Part shown: positions 17,838 through 27,038 of the stretch, one piece after another
Position numbering within the stretch: position 1 is the first letter of the stretch
Layout: every line of letters begins with the position of its first letter
Source: Candidatus Limnocylindrales bacterium
Lineage (GTDB): Bacteria; Chloroflexota; Limnocylindria; QHBO01
Assembly (NCBI GenBank): GCA_035540715.1
Contig: DATLGA010000095.1
Coordinates: 1-60,887 of the forward strand
Length of the DNA stretch: 60,887 nucleotides
Direction: 5' to 3'
Position numbers and translations under genes: made by a program
The notes under the pieces: model-generated
The model's database searches: none
Told to the model about the DNA's origin: nothing
What the model saw: only the letters and a program-made list of their open reading frames with translations

Positions 17838-18992
17838 ATGCCAGGACCGTTCAGCCAGACGGTGATCGCCGTCGTCTGGGACTTCGACAAGACGCTCATC
17901 CCCGGCAACATGCAGAGTCCGCTCTTCGCCCACTACGGCGTCGACGAGCGTGCGTTCTGGGATGAGGTCGACGCGCTGGCCGGGTTCTACCTCGCCCACG
18001 GAGCCAGGCGGGTCGCCGAGGACGCGCTGTACCTGAACCACATCCTCGAGTACGTGCGTGACGGTGCCTTCGCGGGCCTCTCGAACGAAACGCTCCACGA
18101 GCTCGGCGCCGAGCTGACCTTCCACCCAGGCGTCCCCGAGTTCCTCGACACGCTGCGCAGGAGCGTCGAGGATGACCCGATCTTCGAGCGCGCCGACATC
18201 ACGCTCGAGCACTACGTCGTCAGCACCGGCCTGCGGCCCATGATCGAGGGGAGCGCGGTCCGTCCCCATCTGACGGACGTGTGGGCGTGCGAGTTCATCG
18301 AGGCGCACCACCCGCCCGGGTACGCGAGGCCCGAGCAGAAGCAGCTGTTCCCACGACGCGAGATCACCGCTCTCGGCTACCAGATCGACAACACGAGCAA
18401 GACCCGCGCGTTGTTCGAGATCAACAAGGGGACGAACAAGCGCCCCGAGATCCACGTGAACTCGCACCTGCCGCACGAGCTCCGACGCGTGCCGTTCGAG
18501 CACATGATCTACGTCGCCGATGGCCCGTCCGACGTCCCCGCCTGGAGCGTCGTGCGCGCGAACGGCGGGATGGCGTTCGGCGTCTACCAGCGCGGATCGC
18601 TGGCGCAGTTCGAGCAGATCAGTGCCCTCCAGCGCGACGGCCGCATCCACGCCTTCGCGGAGGCCGATTACACCCCGGACTCGACGGCATACCTGTGGCT
18701 GACGACCGAGGTGAGGCGCATCGCCGACAAGATCGTCGAGGAACGCGAGACGGCGCTTCGTCGTGCCGTGCGGCGTGCCCCCCGCCACGTCGACGACGCC
18801 CCGGCTCCGACGCCGACCGATGAGCCGATGGAGCAGCCCGAGGTCGGCCCGAGGCAGGACAGGGAGGCGGCGGCCCGGTCCGCATCGGACGAGCTTCGCG
18901 ATCGCATCCGTCGCCGGCTGGACGCCGACGGAGAGGACGAGCCCGCACCGGCGCAACGCGACAGCGAGTCCGTTCCGGTCGACGACCGCTGA
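17838..18992 (+). CDS. HAD-superfamily hydrolase-like protein with a disordered C-terminal tail
   Basis: Motif I VVWDFDKTL and a late ..YVADGPSDVP.. (motif IV-like). The C-terminal ~90 aa are charged and low-complexity. Confidence 0.55.
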   Translation: MPGPFSQTVIAVVWDFDKTLIPGNMQSPLFAHYGVDERAFWDEVDALAGFYLAHGARRVAEDALYLNHILEYVRDGAFAGLSNETLHELGAELTFHPGVPEFLDTLRRSVEDDPIFERADITLEHYVVSTGLRPMIEGSAVRPHLTDVWACEFIEAHHPPGYARPEQKQLFPRREITALGYQIDNTSKTRALFEINKGTNKRPEIHVNSHLPHELRRVPFEHMIYVADGPSDVPAWSVVRANGGMAFGVYQRGSLAQFEQISALQRDGRIHAFAEADYTPDSTAYLWLTTEVRRIADKIVEERETALRRAVRRAPRHVDDAPAPTPTDEPMEQPEVGPRQDREAAARSASDELRDRIRRRLDADGEDEPAPAQRDSESVPVDDR

Positions 18993-19008
18993 CGCCCGGC
19001 ACGGGAAA

Positions 19009-19035
19009 CGGGGACGCGCACTCGGCGCGTCCCCG
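19009..19035. terminator. bidirectional hairpin terminator between convergent genes
   Basis: cggggacgcgc-actcg-gcgcgtccccg, a perfect 11-bp stem. Confidence 0.6.
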
Positions 19036-19062
19036 CTCGGGACCCATGGTGTCGCGGGGAAC

Positions 19063-19329
19063 CTAGGCCGGCTCTTCGGGCCCGGTGGTCCAGCGGATCA
19101 GGGCGGGCACCAGCGCGAGGGCCGCGAGGCCGACCAGGATGTACACGATCGACGACAGCAGGTTCGTCTCTCCGAAGGTGGCGCCGGTGATGGCGGCGAC
19201 GAGGTCGAACTGCGCGATTCCGACGAGCAGCCAGTTCAGGCCCCCGACGATGACGAGCAGCAGGGCGATGGCGTTGAGATATCGCATGGTGACGTTGTGA
19301 ACCTCTGACATGGTGGGGGTCCGCGACAT
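19063..19329 (-). CDS. DUF378-family small membrane protein
   Basis: ..LNAIALLLVIVGGLNWLLVGIAQFDLVAAI..G......IVYILVGLAAL.. is the DUF378 pattern. The true start may be the internal ATG at 19287. Confidence 0.7.
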   Translation of the reverse strand: MSRTPTMSEVHNVTMRYLNAIALLLVIVGGLNWLLVGIAQFDLVAAITGATFGETNLLSSIVYILVGLAALALVPALIRWTTGPEEPA

Positions 19330-19381
19330 GGGCGGACGTTGCTCCCCTCACGTTAGAGGGTCTGTACAGGGTATGTCAAGC

Positions 19382-20338
19382 CTATGCCGATAGGTCCTCG
19401 GGCGTGCCACGCGACAGGAGGGCCGTTCGCAGGGCATCGACGCCGTGGGTCAGGGAGTCGGCCGGCAGAACGACGGCACCCGCCGCTTTGACGCGGGCGG
19501 CTTCCGCGCCGCCGAGCGCGAGGATCGCTCCCGGGCGCTCGCGCCGCACGGCTTCGACGACCTCGCTGGCGCGCGCGGCATCGGCCCGTCGCGGGACGCC
19601 GACGACGGCCGCGGGCGCCTGTCGCTCGACGCTCGCCGAGACCCAGCTCTCGACAGGCAGGTCCGGGCCCAGGTACAGCACGGGCAGGCCCGAGCGGCGG
19701 GCCGCGGTCGCGAACGCGAGCGCTCCGAACTCGTGGCGTGCCCCCGGTGGGAGCCCGATCAGGACTGCCGGCTCGGTGCTCGCGCTCCCAGCGGCATCGA
19801 ACGCCCGGGCCAGGCGCCGATGGATCGCCTGGCTGGTGGCGTGCTCGCCCGCGACGCTCACGTCCCCGCGCTGCCACGCCTCGCCGATGGCATGCAAGGC
19901 CGGCATGATGACGGCCTCCCAGGCTGCCTCGAAGCGGAGCGAGCCCATCGTCTCGTCGAGGGCCGCCTCGAGCTCCGCTCCGTCGAGTCGTCGGGCGGCC
20001 CGCACGATGCGCTCGACGAGCTCGGCGGCCGCCGCGGTCGCGTCCGCCCCACCCGGACGGGCGCCGGTGTGCTCGTCACTCCGGCCGGCGGCAGGAGTGA
20101 CGATCTCGACGAGCTGCTCCCGCTCGGTCGCCCGGACGTGCGCGGCCGCCTGCTGGGGGGCCCACCCGTCGTCGATGAGTCGTCGCATGGCGACCAGGCG
20201 GGCGATGGCGTCCTCGTCGTAGAGGCGGTAGCCCGCCGGCGTGCGGGTGGGTTCCACGACGCCGTAACGGCGCTCCCAGGCTCGGAGCAGGGGGATGCCC
20301 ACGCCGCTGCGGGCCGAAGCCTCTTTGATGGTGTACAT
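19382..20338 (-). CDS. MerR-family transcriptional regulator with a cobalamin-binding domain (CarH/LitR-like photoreceptor candidate)
   Basis: Start moved to ATG 20338 (MYTIKEASARSGVGIPLLRAWERRYG = MerR HTH). Has a W-x9-EH motif (GEAWQRGDVSVAGEHATSQ) and a B12-binding motif ..PPGARHEFGAL..LGPDLP..LGG. Confidence 0.75.
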   Translation of the reverse strand: MYTIKEASARSGVGIPLLRAWERRYGVVEPTRTPAGYRLYDEDAIARLVAMRRLIDDGWAPQQAAAHVRATEREQLVEIVTPAAGRSDEHTGARPGGADATAAAAELVERIVRAARRLDGAELEAALDETMGSLRFEAAWEAVIMPALHAIGEAWQRGDVSVAGEHATSQAIHRRLARAFDAAGSASTEPAVLIGLPPGARHEFGALAFATAARRSGLPVLYLGPDLPVESWVSASVERQAPAAVVGVPRRADAARASEVVEAVRRERPGAILALGGAEAARVKAAGAVVLPADSLTHGVDALRTALLSRGTPEDLSA

Positions 20339-20369
20339 GGTTCGTGCATGGTACATCATGGACAGACAC

Positions 20370-20398
20370 TTGACACACGTAACCGACCGGACTATACA
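20370..20398 (+). promoter_or_regulatory. sigma-70-type promoter for the DUF4397 gene
   Basis: TTGACA (20370-20375) - 17 nt - TATACA (20393-20398). AGGAG lies 10 nt before ATG 20460. Confidence 0.6.
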
Positions 20399-20459
20399 GA
20401 CACTGTACAAAAGCCGTACCGGATCGGGGCGGCGCCATTCGCTTCAGGAGAACGTTCCA

Positions 20460-21242
20460 ATGCGACCCATCTTCCGTACGCTGCTCGGCCTGGCCGGCAG
20501 CCTCGCCCTCGTCGCCGCGCTGGCCGCCCCGGCGGCCGCCCAGGACGACGCATTCGTCCGCGTCGTCCATGCCTCGCCGGACGCGCCGAACGTCGACATC
20601 TGGGTCGACGGCGAGGTCGTCCTGCGTGACGTCCCGTTCACGGCTGTCAGTGACTATCTCGCGCTGCCGGCCGGCACGTACAACGTGCAGGTGACGGCCA
20701 CGGGCGGGACCGATCCCGTCATCGACGCCGACCTCACGCTCGCGGCGGGTACCTCGTACACCGTTGCCGCGACCGGCGTGCTCGCCGAGATCACGCCGGT
20801 GGTGCTCACCGACGACCGGATGCCGGCGGCCGGGCAGAGCAAGCTCCGCGTCTTCCACGCGTCGCCCTCGGCGCCCGACTCGGTCGACGTTGCCGTCACC
20901 GGCGGACCGGTCCTCGTCGAAGGACTGGAGTACGCGGCGAGCACCGGCTACCTGACCGTCGATCCGGGAACCTACGCGCTCGAGATCCGAGCTGCCGGCG
21001 CCACGGACGCCGCTCTCGAGCTGGAGGCGGCCCTCGAGGCCGGCGAGAACTACACCGCCATCGCCATGGACGGCGGCGAGGCGGGAGTCCAGGTGATCGT
21101 CGCCACCGAGGCGATGGCGATGCCGGACACCGCCACGCGTCCGGCCGCCCCGATCGCCCCGATCGTCCTCGTGGGGGTCGCGGCGCTCCTGCTGGCGACG
21201 GCCCGGTCGCTGGTCCTGGCGACGCGTACGCTCGGCCGCTGA
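20460..21242 (+). CDS. secreted DUF4397-domain protein with a C-terminal membrane anchor / sorting-like signal
   Basis: Start moved to ATG 20460. Signal peptide MRPIFRTLLGLAGSLALVAALAAPAAAQ. Repeated ..R.VHASPDAP.VD....G... modules typical of DUF4397. The C-terminus is MPDTA, then a hydrophobic stretch, then RTLGR. Confidence 0.7.
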   Translation: MRPIFRTLLGLAGSLALVAALAAPAAAQDDAFVRVVHASPDAPNVDIWVDGEVVLRDVPFTAVSDYLALPAGTYNVQVTATGGTDPVIDADLTLAAGTSYTVAATGVLAEITPVVLTDDRMPAAGQSKLRVFHASPSAPDSVDVAVTGGPVLVEGLEYAASTGYLTVDPGTYALEIRAAGATDAALELEAALEAGENYTAIAMDGGEAGVQVIVATEAMAMPDTATRPAAPIAPIVLVGVAALLLATARSLVLATRTLGR

Positions 21243-21258
21243 CGGCCCGCGACATGTC

Positions 21259-21287
21259 GTGAGGGGAGGCGCTGCGCCTCCCCTCAC
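21259..21287 (+). terminator. hairpin terminator
   Basis: gtgaggggaggcg-ctg-cgcctcccctcac, a perfect 13-bp stem 17 nt after the stop. No U-tract, as is common in high-GC genomes. Confidence 0.65.
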
Positions 21288-21454
21288 CTGCGCGCGGCGA
21301 AGCGACGCGTCGACGGCTGCCGCGGACTGATAGACTCCGCCAAAGCCGCCGACACGACGAACGTGCATCCGATCCGAGCCGTCAATCCGAACATCCACGA
21401 CCGACGCCCGCGCCGCCTTGCCGCGCGGGTGTCGTGCATTCCGAGGAGGTCCCG

Positions 21455-22618
21455 TTGATCGATCAGGCGGCCGTTCGCGATGCCACCGGGAGCCGCCTTC
21501 GGCGTGCCTACGGCTTCGAGGAGGTGGCCCTCGTCCCCGGCGCGGTCACCGCGGATCCCGGAGAGGTGGACCTCTCCACCGAGGTCGGCGGCTTCCGCCT
21601 CGAGATCCCGTTCCTGGCCGCCGCCATGGATGCCGTGGCCGATCCGGACTTCGCGGTGCGGCTGCACCGCCACGGTGGCGTCGCCTTCGTCAACCTCGAA
21701 GGGCTCTACACCCGATACGAGGACGCCGGCGCGATCATCGAGCGGGTCGCCTCGGCGGAGTCGGGCCGGGCCGCGGCCCACCTCCTGGCCGAGGCGTACG
21801 AGGCGCCGATCCGCGACGACCTCATCCGCAACCTCATCACCCGGATCAAGGCGCAGGGCGCGACCGCGGCGGTGGCCACCACGCCGGCATCGGCCTGGCA
21901 CCACGCCGAACTGGCGGCCGAAGCGGGCGCGGACCTCTTCCTCGTCCAGTCGCAGGTCTCCAGCGCGCGGCACATCTCGACCTCGACGCGCGTGCTGTCG
22001 CTCGCGGACCTCACCGGCGCGCTGAAGCTGCCGGTCCTCGTCGGGAACACCGTCAGCGGGGAGGCGGCCTACCAGCTCATGCACCAGGGCGCCGCCGGCA
22101 TCTTCGTCGGCGTCGGCCCGGGCGCGGCGTGCACGACGCGCGAGGTGCTCGGCATCGGGGTGCCCCAGGTGAGCGCCACCCTCGAGGTCGCCGCCGCCCG
22201 CGACCGCTTCGAGCGCGAGACCGGACGTTCCGTCCCGATCATCACCGACGGCGGTATGAAGACCGGCGGTGACATCGCCAAGGCGATCGCGGCCGGCGCG
22301 GATGCCGTCATGCTCGGGTCTCCCTTCGCCGGAGCGCTCGAGGCGCCCGGTCGCGGATTCAACTGGGGCATGGCCGCGGCATCGCCGACGCTTCCGCGCG
22401 GCACGCGCATCGAGATCGGGACCCGCGTGCCCCTCGAGCAGATCCTCTTCGGCCCCGCCGAGACGACGCACGGCACGCAGAACCTCGTCGGAGCGTTGCG
22501 GCAGTCGATGGCCGCGCTCGGTGTCCGCACGATCCGGGAGATGCACGAGGTCGAGATGGTGATCGCGCCGTCCATCGCCACCGAGGGCAAGTCGTGGCAG
22601 CTCGCCGGGCGCGAGTGA
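21455..22618 (+). CDS. guaB3: IMP dehydrogenase-related protein lacking CBS domains (GuaB3 type)
   Basis: ..YGFEEVALVPG.......EIPFLAAAMDAV...VGVGPGAACTTREVLGIGVPQ...ITDGGM.TGGDIAKAIAAGADAVMLGS. Start placed at TTG 21455, 5 nt after GAGGAGG. The track GTG at 21434 is an alternative. Confidence 0.8.
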   Translation: MIDQAAVRDATGSRLRRAYGFEEVALVPGAVTADPGEVDLSTEVGGFRLEIPFLAAAMDAVADPDFAVRLHRHGGVAFVNLEGLYTRYEDAGAIIERVASAESGRAAAHLLAEAYEAPIRDDLIRNLITRIKAQGATAAVATTPASAWHHAELAAEAGADLFLVQSQVSSARHISTSTRVLSLADLTGALKLPVLVGNTVSGEAAYQLMHQGAAGIFVGVGPGAACTTREVLGIGVPQVSATLEVAAARDRFERETGRSVPIITDGGMKTGGDIAKAIAAGADAVMLGSPFAGALEAPGRGFNWGMAAASPTLPRGTRIEIGTRVPLEQILFGPAETTHGTQNLVGALRQSMAALGVRTIREMHEVEMVIAPSIATEGKSWQLAGRE

Positions 22619-23196
22619 CCGCGATCATCCAGTCGGGCCGCATCTTCCTCCGACCGTTCGAGCGCTCCGACGCCGAGGTCTACCGCCGCTGGCGCGCGGA
22701 TGCTGCGCCGATGGCCCTGGCGGGATGGCCGGATCGGGCTCCCATGAGCCTGGTCGAGGTCGAGAAGCGAATCGAGCGCCTCGCCACCGACCATGGCAAG
22801 GACCACTTCGCCTTCGTCATCTGTCTCGCGGACGGGGAGCGGCCGGTCGGGGAGGCCATGTTGTTCGACGTGGACCGCGCCAACGGCAGCGTCGGGCTCG
22901 GGATCTTCATCGGCGAGGCCGCCGAGTGGGGAAAGGGCTACGGTACCGACGCGGTGACCGCCCTCGTCGACTTCGCGTTTGCCGAGCTGCGCATGGAGCG
23001 CGTATGGCTGAACGTCGGGACCGAGAACGCTCGCGCCATTCGCTCGTACGAGAAGGCCGGGTTCATCCACGAGGGCACGCAGCGCCATGACCGGTGGGAG
23101 GGCGGCCGTTACACCGACGGCCACATCATGTCGATGCTGTTGGACGAGTGGCGCACAGCGCGAACGCGGGCTCCCGGCGTTGATAGTACTGAGTAG
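22615..23196 (+). CDS. GNAT N-acetyltransferase (RimJ/RimL-like)
   Basis: GTG 22615 overlaps the guaB3 stop as GTGA. ..GRIFLRPFERSDAEVYRRW.. and ..WGKGYGTDAVTALVDFAFAELRMERVWLNV...N.RAIRSYEKAGF. Confidence 0.8.
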   Translation: MTAIIQSGRIFLRPFERSDAEVYRRWRADAAPMALAGWPDRAPMSLVEVEKRIERLATDHGKDHFAFVICLADGERPVGEAMLFDVDRANGSVGLGIFIGEAAEWGKGYGTDAVTALVDFAFAELRMERVWLNVGTENARAIRSYEKAGFIHEGTQRHDRWEGGRYTDGHIMSMLLDEWRTARTRAPGVDSTE

Positions 23197-23239
23197 TATT
23201 GATCAGACGACTGAGTAAATCCCCTCGATGCACTGAGTA
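23188..23239 (+). repeat. three direct ACTGAGTA repeats at exact 22-bp spacing
   Basis: Copies at 23188-23195, 23210-23217 and 23232-23239, in a locally AT-richer patch. The first overlaps the GNAT stop and the last abuts the ATG of the AAA gene. Confidence 0.85.
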
Positions 23240-24462
23240 TGTCTGCACGCAAGAGCCGAGTCTACCGACGTCCGATCTACGATGACGTTCTCGAGCGTGC
23301 GCATGAGCCTCGCCAGTTCATCCAGGTCCTCGCCGGCCCTCGGCAGGTCGGGAAGACGACCGTCGCGCGGCAGGTCATGGACGCGATCGGCATACCGGGC
23401 CACTTTGCGTCTGCGGATGCCCCGGATCCGGAGGACATCGGCTGGATCTACACCCAGTGGCAGATCGGCCGCCAGGCAGCCCGCAACGGTGGCAGGGCCG
23501 GCGGCATCCTGATCCTCGACGAGGTCCAGAAGATCCGTGACTGGTCCGACGTCGTGAAGCAGCTCTGGGACGAGGACACCCGGGACGGCCTGCCGCTGCG
23601 GGTCATGCTCCTCGGCTCCGCCCCGCTGCTCGTGCGCCAGGGCCTGTCGGACAGTCTCGCCGGCCGCTTCGAGGTCGTGCGGGTCACGCACTGGACGTTC
23701 GCCGAGATGCGCGACGCCTTCGGCTGGGACCTCGACACCTATCTCTTCTACGGCGGATACCCCGGCGCGGCGCCACTCATCAAGCGCCACGAGCGCTGGG
23801 AGGAGTACATCCTCGACTCGATCGTCGAAACGAACCTGTCGCGGGACATCCTCATGCTGAACCGCGTGGAGAAGCCGATGCTGCTGCGGCAGCTCTTCCG
23901 CCTCGCCTGCTCGTACTCCGGCCAGGTCCTGAGCTACACGAAGATGCTCGGCACGCTGACCGATGCGGGAAACACCGTCACCCTCGCCCACTACCTCGAG
24001 CTCCTCGGCGGCGCCGGGATGGTCACCGGCATCGGCAAGTACTCCGGATCGGTGGCCCGGCGCCGAGCGTCCTCGCCCAAGCTGCTGGCCCTGAACACGG
24101 CGCTCGTCACGGCCACGGCGCGGACGACGCTGGAGCGCGCCCGAGCGGATCATGGGTTCTGGGGCCGTCTCGTCGAGACGGCCGTCGGCGCCCATCTCTG
24201 GGCCCACGCCGACCCGGACGAAATCGCCTGGTGGCGCGACGGCAACAACGAGGTCGACTGGGTGATCCGGCCGGGGAAGCTCATGCGTGGCCGGGCCGAT
24301 CCGATCGCGATCGAAGTGAAGACCGGTCATCCACGCGGGAACCCCGGGACGGTCGCGTTCACGCAGACGCACCGGGGGTCGCGAGCGCTGCTGGTCGGCG
24401 AAGGCGGAATCCCGGTCAGGGACTTCCTCTCGGTTCATCCCCGTGAGTGGGTCGACGCGTGA
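23239..24462 (+). CDS. AAA-type ATPase with a C-terminal PD-(D/E)xK-like domain (AAA_14 + DUF4143 architecture)
   Basis: Walker A LAGPRQVGKTT, Walker B ILILDEVQ. C-terminal ..NEVDWVI....IAIEVKTG.. is nuclease-like. Confidence 0.75.
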   Translation: MSARKSRVYRRPIYDDVLERAHEPRQFIQVLAGPRQVGKTTVARQVMDAIGIPGHFASADAPDPEDIGWIYTQWQIGRQAARNGGRAGGILILDEVQKIRDWSDVVKQLWDEDTRDGLPLRVMLLGSAPLLVRQGLSDSLAGRFEVVRVTHWTFAEMRDAFGWDLDTYLFYGGYPGAAPLIKRHERWEEYILDSIVETNLSRDILMLNRVEKPMLLRQLFRLACSYSGQVLSYTKMLGTLTDAGNTVTLAHYLELLGGAGMVTGIGKYSGSVARRRASSPKLLALNTALVTATARTTLERARADHGFWGRLVETAVGAHLWAHADPDEIAWWRDGNNEVDWVIRPGKLMRGRADPIAIEVKTGHPRGNPGTVAFTQTHRGSRALLVGEGGIPVRDFLSVHPREWVDA

Positions 24463-25304
24463 GCGACGTTCGCCAGCTTCGACGGCGGTTCCGGCAGCTG
24501 CACGAGGGCGGGCTGTTCGTCATGCCGAATGCCTGGGATGTCGGGTCGGCGCGGCTGCTGTCGGCGCGCGGGTTTCCGGCAATCGCCACGACGAGCTCCG
24601 GCCACGCCGCGTCACTCGGCCAGGCGGACCAGACCGTGACGCTCGCTCAGCTGGCCGCCCACGTCGAGCAGCTCGTGGCGGGCCTCGGCGTTCCGCTCAA
24701 CGTCGACGCCGAGCGCTGCTTCGCCGATGATCCCCCCGGCGTTGCGGCCACCGTCGAGGCCATCGCCGAGCTCGGGCCGGCCGGTATCTCGATCGAGGAC
24801 TACGATCCGGCCACCGCCCGCGTCGATCCGGTCGGCGATGCCGTCGAGCGTGTCGGCGCGGCAGCGGAGGCGGCGCATCGGCACGACATGGTCCTGACCG
24901 CACGCGCCGAGAACCACCTGTACGGCATCGAGGACCTCGAGGACACGATCGGCCGTCTGCGAGCGTACCGGGCGGCCGGGGCGGACGTCGTGTACGCGCC
25001 CGGCCTCATCGGTCCGGATGCCGTCCGGGTCGTGGTCGAGGCGACCGATGCGCCGGTCAACGTGCTCGCCATGCGGACGACCCCCGCCATCGCGGTCCTC
25101 GCCCAGCTCGGCGTCCGGCGCGTCTCCACCGGCGGCGGGCTGGCACGAGCCGCCTACGGTGCGCTGCGGGCGGCCGCGGACGAGCTGCTCCGGGACGGAA
25201 CGTCGTCCTATCTCGACGCGGCGATCGGCAGCGATGAGCTCGAGGCGATGCTGAGCGGTCGGTACACTGAAACGCGCACCTTCGCCGATATGGAGCGGCA
25301 TTGA
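24459..25304 (+). CDS. isocitrate lyase / PEP mutase superfamily protein
   Basis: GTG 24459 overlaps the upstream stop as GTGA. ..[38 protein letters not shown]...ISIEDY.. is typical of the family. Confidence 0.75.
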   Translation: MSDVRQLRRRFRQLHEGGLFVMPNAWDVGSARLLSARGFPAIATTSSGHAASLGQADQTVTLAQLAAHVEQLVAGLGVPLNVDAERCFADDPPGVAATVEAIAELGPAGISIEDYDPATARVDPVGDAVERVGAAAEAAHRHDMVLTARAENHLYGIEDLEDTIGRLRAYRAAGADVVYAPGLIGPDAVRVVVEATDAPVNVLAMRTTPAIAVLAQLGVRRVSTGGGLARAAYGALRAAADELLRDGTSSYLDAAIGSDELEAMLSGRYTETRTFADMERH

Positions 25305-27034
25305 CCGAGTCGACCGATCCACACTCCGACGACCGGAAGGCCCGTCCCCCAACTGAGCGCGGCCGGACCGTCCACGGCGAGGCGGCGAACGCCGGCCATC
25401 GCGTCCTCGCTCCCGACGACGCCGAGGTCGAGGCGTATCTCGAGCAGGCCCTTCACGCCCCGCCGCCGCAGCGCGTCGAGACCGAGGCGCCGGAGCGGCC
25501 CGATGCCGTCGCGATCCTCGACTTCGGCAGCCAGTTCGCCCAGCTCATCGCGCGACGCGTCCGCGAGCTGAACGTGTACTCCGAGCTTCTTCCGCACGAC
25601 ACGCCGATGGCCGAGCTGGAGCGTCGCGGGGTGAAGGCGGTGATCCTGTCGGGTGGCCCGTCATCGGTGTACGACGCTGAGGCGCCGAAGGCCGATCCGG
25701 CGCTGTGGTCGGGCCGGATCCCGGTGCTCGGCATCTGCTACGGGCTGCAGCTCATGGCACATGAGCTCGGCGGGGAGGTCGTACCGTCGACGCGGCGCGA
25801 GTACGGTCCGGCCAGCGTCACGATCACCGAGGCCGGCGGCCTCTTCGACGGCGTCGAGCGGGAGCAGCCGGTCTGGATGAGCCACGGCGACTCGATCCTG
25901 CGTCCGCCCGAGGGCTTCCACGCCACGGCGCAGACCGACTCGACCCCGTACGCCGGCCTTGCCGATCCGGGTCGCAACCTGTACGGCATCCAGTTCCACC
26001 CCGAGGTCGTCCACACGCCGATGGGACGCGACGTGCTCCGCAACTTCGTCGTGGGCGTCGCCGGAGCGCGGCCGAACTGGACCCCCGCGAACCTCGTCGA
26101 CACGACCGTGGCCGAGATCGGCCAGCGCGTCGGAGCCGGCCATGTCATCTGCGCGCTCTCCGGTGGCGTCGACTCCGCCGTCGCGGCGACCCTGGTGCAC
26201 CGGGCGATCGGCGACCAGCTGACTTGCATCTACGTCGACCACGGGCTCATGCGCAAGCGTGAGTCGGAGCTGCTGCGTGTCACGTTCGAGCGTGACCTGG
26301 GCATGAACCTCGTCATGGTCGACGCACGAGAGCGGTTCCTGCGCCGGCTCGCCGGCGTCGAGGACCCGGAGGAGAAGCGCCGGATCATCGGCGACGAGTT
26401 CATCCGGGTCTTCGAAGAGGAGGCTGCCAAGCTCGGTCAGATCGACTTCCTCACCCAGGGCACGCTGTACCCCGACGTCATCGAGTCGACGACCGCCGAG
26501 ACGAAGACGGCGCAGAAGATCAAGACCCACCACAACGTCGGCGGGCTGCCGCCCGACCTGCGCTTCCAGCTCATCGAGCCGCTGCGCTACCTGTTCAAGG
26601 ACGAGGTGCGGCGGGTCGGGCTCGAGCTCGGCCTGCCCGAGGCCATGGTCCAGCGCCAGCCGTTCCCGGGGCCGGGGCTCGCGATCCGGATCATCGGCGA
26701 GGTGAACGGCGAGCGGCTCGAGACCCTGCGCGAGGCCGACTGGATCGTCATCGACGAGATCAAGGCAGCCGGGCTGTATCGGTCCCTGTGGCAGTCGTTC
26801 GCGATCCTCACGCCGGTGCGCTCGGTCGGCGTCATGGGCGATGGGCGGACGTACGCGAACGTCGTCGCCATCCGCGCCGTGACCTCCGACGACGGCATGA
26901 CCGCCGACTGGGCCCGGCTGCCGTACGAGGTGCTGGCGAAGATCAGCAGCCGGATCGTCAACGAGGTGCCGGGGGTCAACCGGGTCGTGTACGACATCAG
27001 CTCGAAGCCACCTGCCACCATCGAGTGGGAGTGA
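25301..27034 (+). CDS. guaA: GMP synthase (glutamine-hydrolysing)
   Basis: GATase ..[34 protein letters not shown]-PPase ..SGGVDSAV.. through the C-terminal ..[11 protein letters not shown] start overlaps the upstream stop as TTGA and implies an N-terminal extension of about 65 aa. No other in-frame ATG/GTG/TTG was seen before the GATase core. Confidence 0.9.
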   Translation: MTESTDPHSDDRKARPPTERGRTVHGEAANAGHRVLAPDDAEVEAYLEQALHAPPPQRVETEAPERPDAVAILDFGSQFAQLIARRVRELNVYSELLPHDTPMAELERRGVKAVILSGGPSSVYDAEAPKADPALWSGRIPVLGICYGLQLMAHELGGEVVPSTRREYGPASVTITEAGGLFDGVEREQPVWMSHGDSILRPPEGFHATAQTDSTPYAGLADPGRNLYGIQFHPEVVHTPMGRDVLRNFVVGVAGARPNWTPANLVDTTVAEIGQRVGAGHVICALSGGVDSAVAATLVHRAIGDQLTCIYVDHGLMRKRESELLRVTFERDLGMNLVMVDARERFLRRLAGVEDPEEKRRIIGDEFIRVFEEEAAKLGQIDFLTQGTLYPDVIESTTAETKTAQKIKTHHNVGGLPPDLRFQLIEPLRYLFKDEVRRVGLELGLPEAMVQRQPFPGPGLAIRIIGEVNGERLETLREADWIVIDEIKAAGLYRSLWQSFAILTPVRSVGVMGDGRTYANVVAIRAVTSDDGMTADWARLPYEVLAKISSRIVNEVPGVNRVVYDISSKPPATIEWE

Positions 27035-27038
27035 GGCG

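Noticed and set aside
21288-21454. Possible regulatory RNA in the ~165-nt leader of guaB3, based on repeated GTGCAT(C/T)CC and a CACGAC/GTCGTG long-range pairing.
   Set aside because: The pairings are short and no known aptamer consensus is recognisable. This cannot be distinguished from chance in GC-rich sequence without covariation data.
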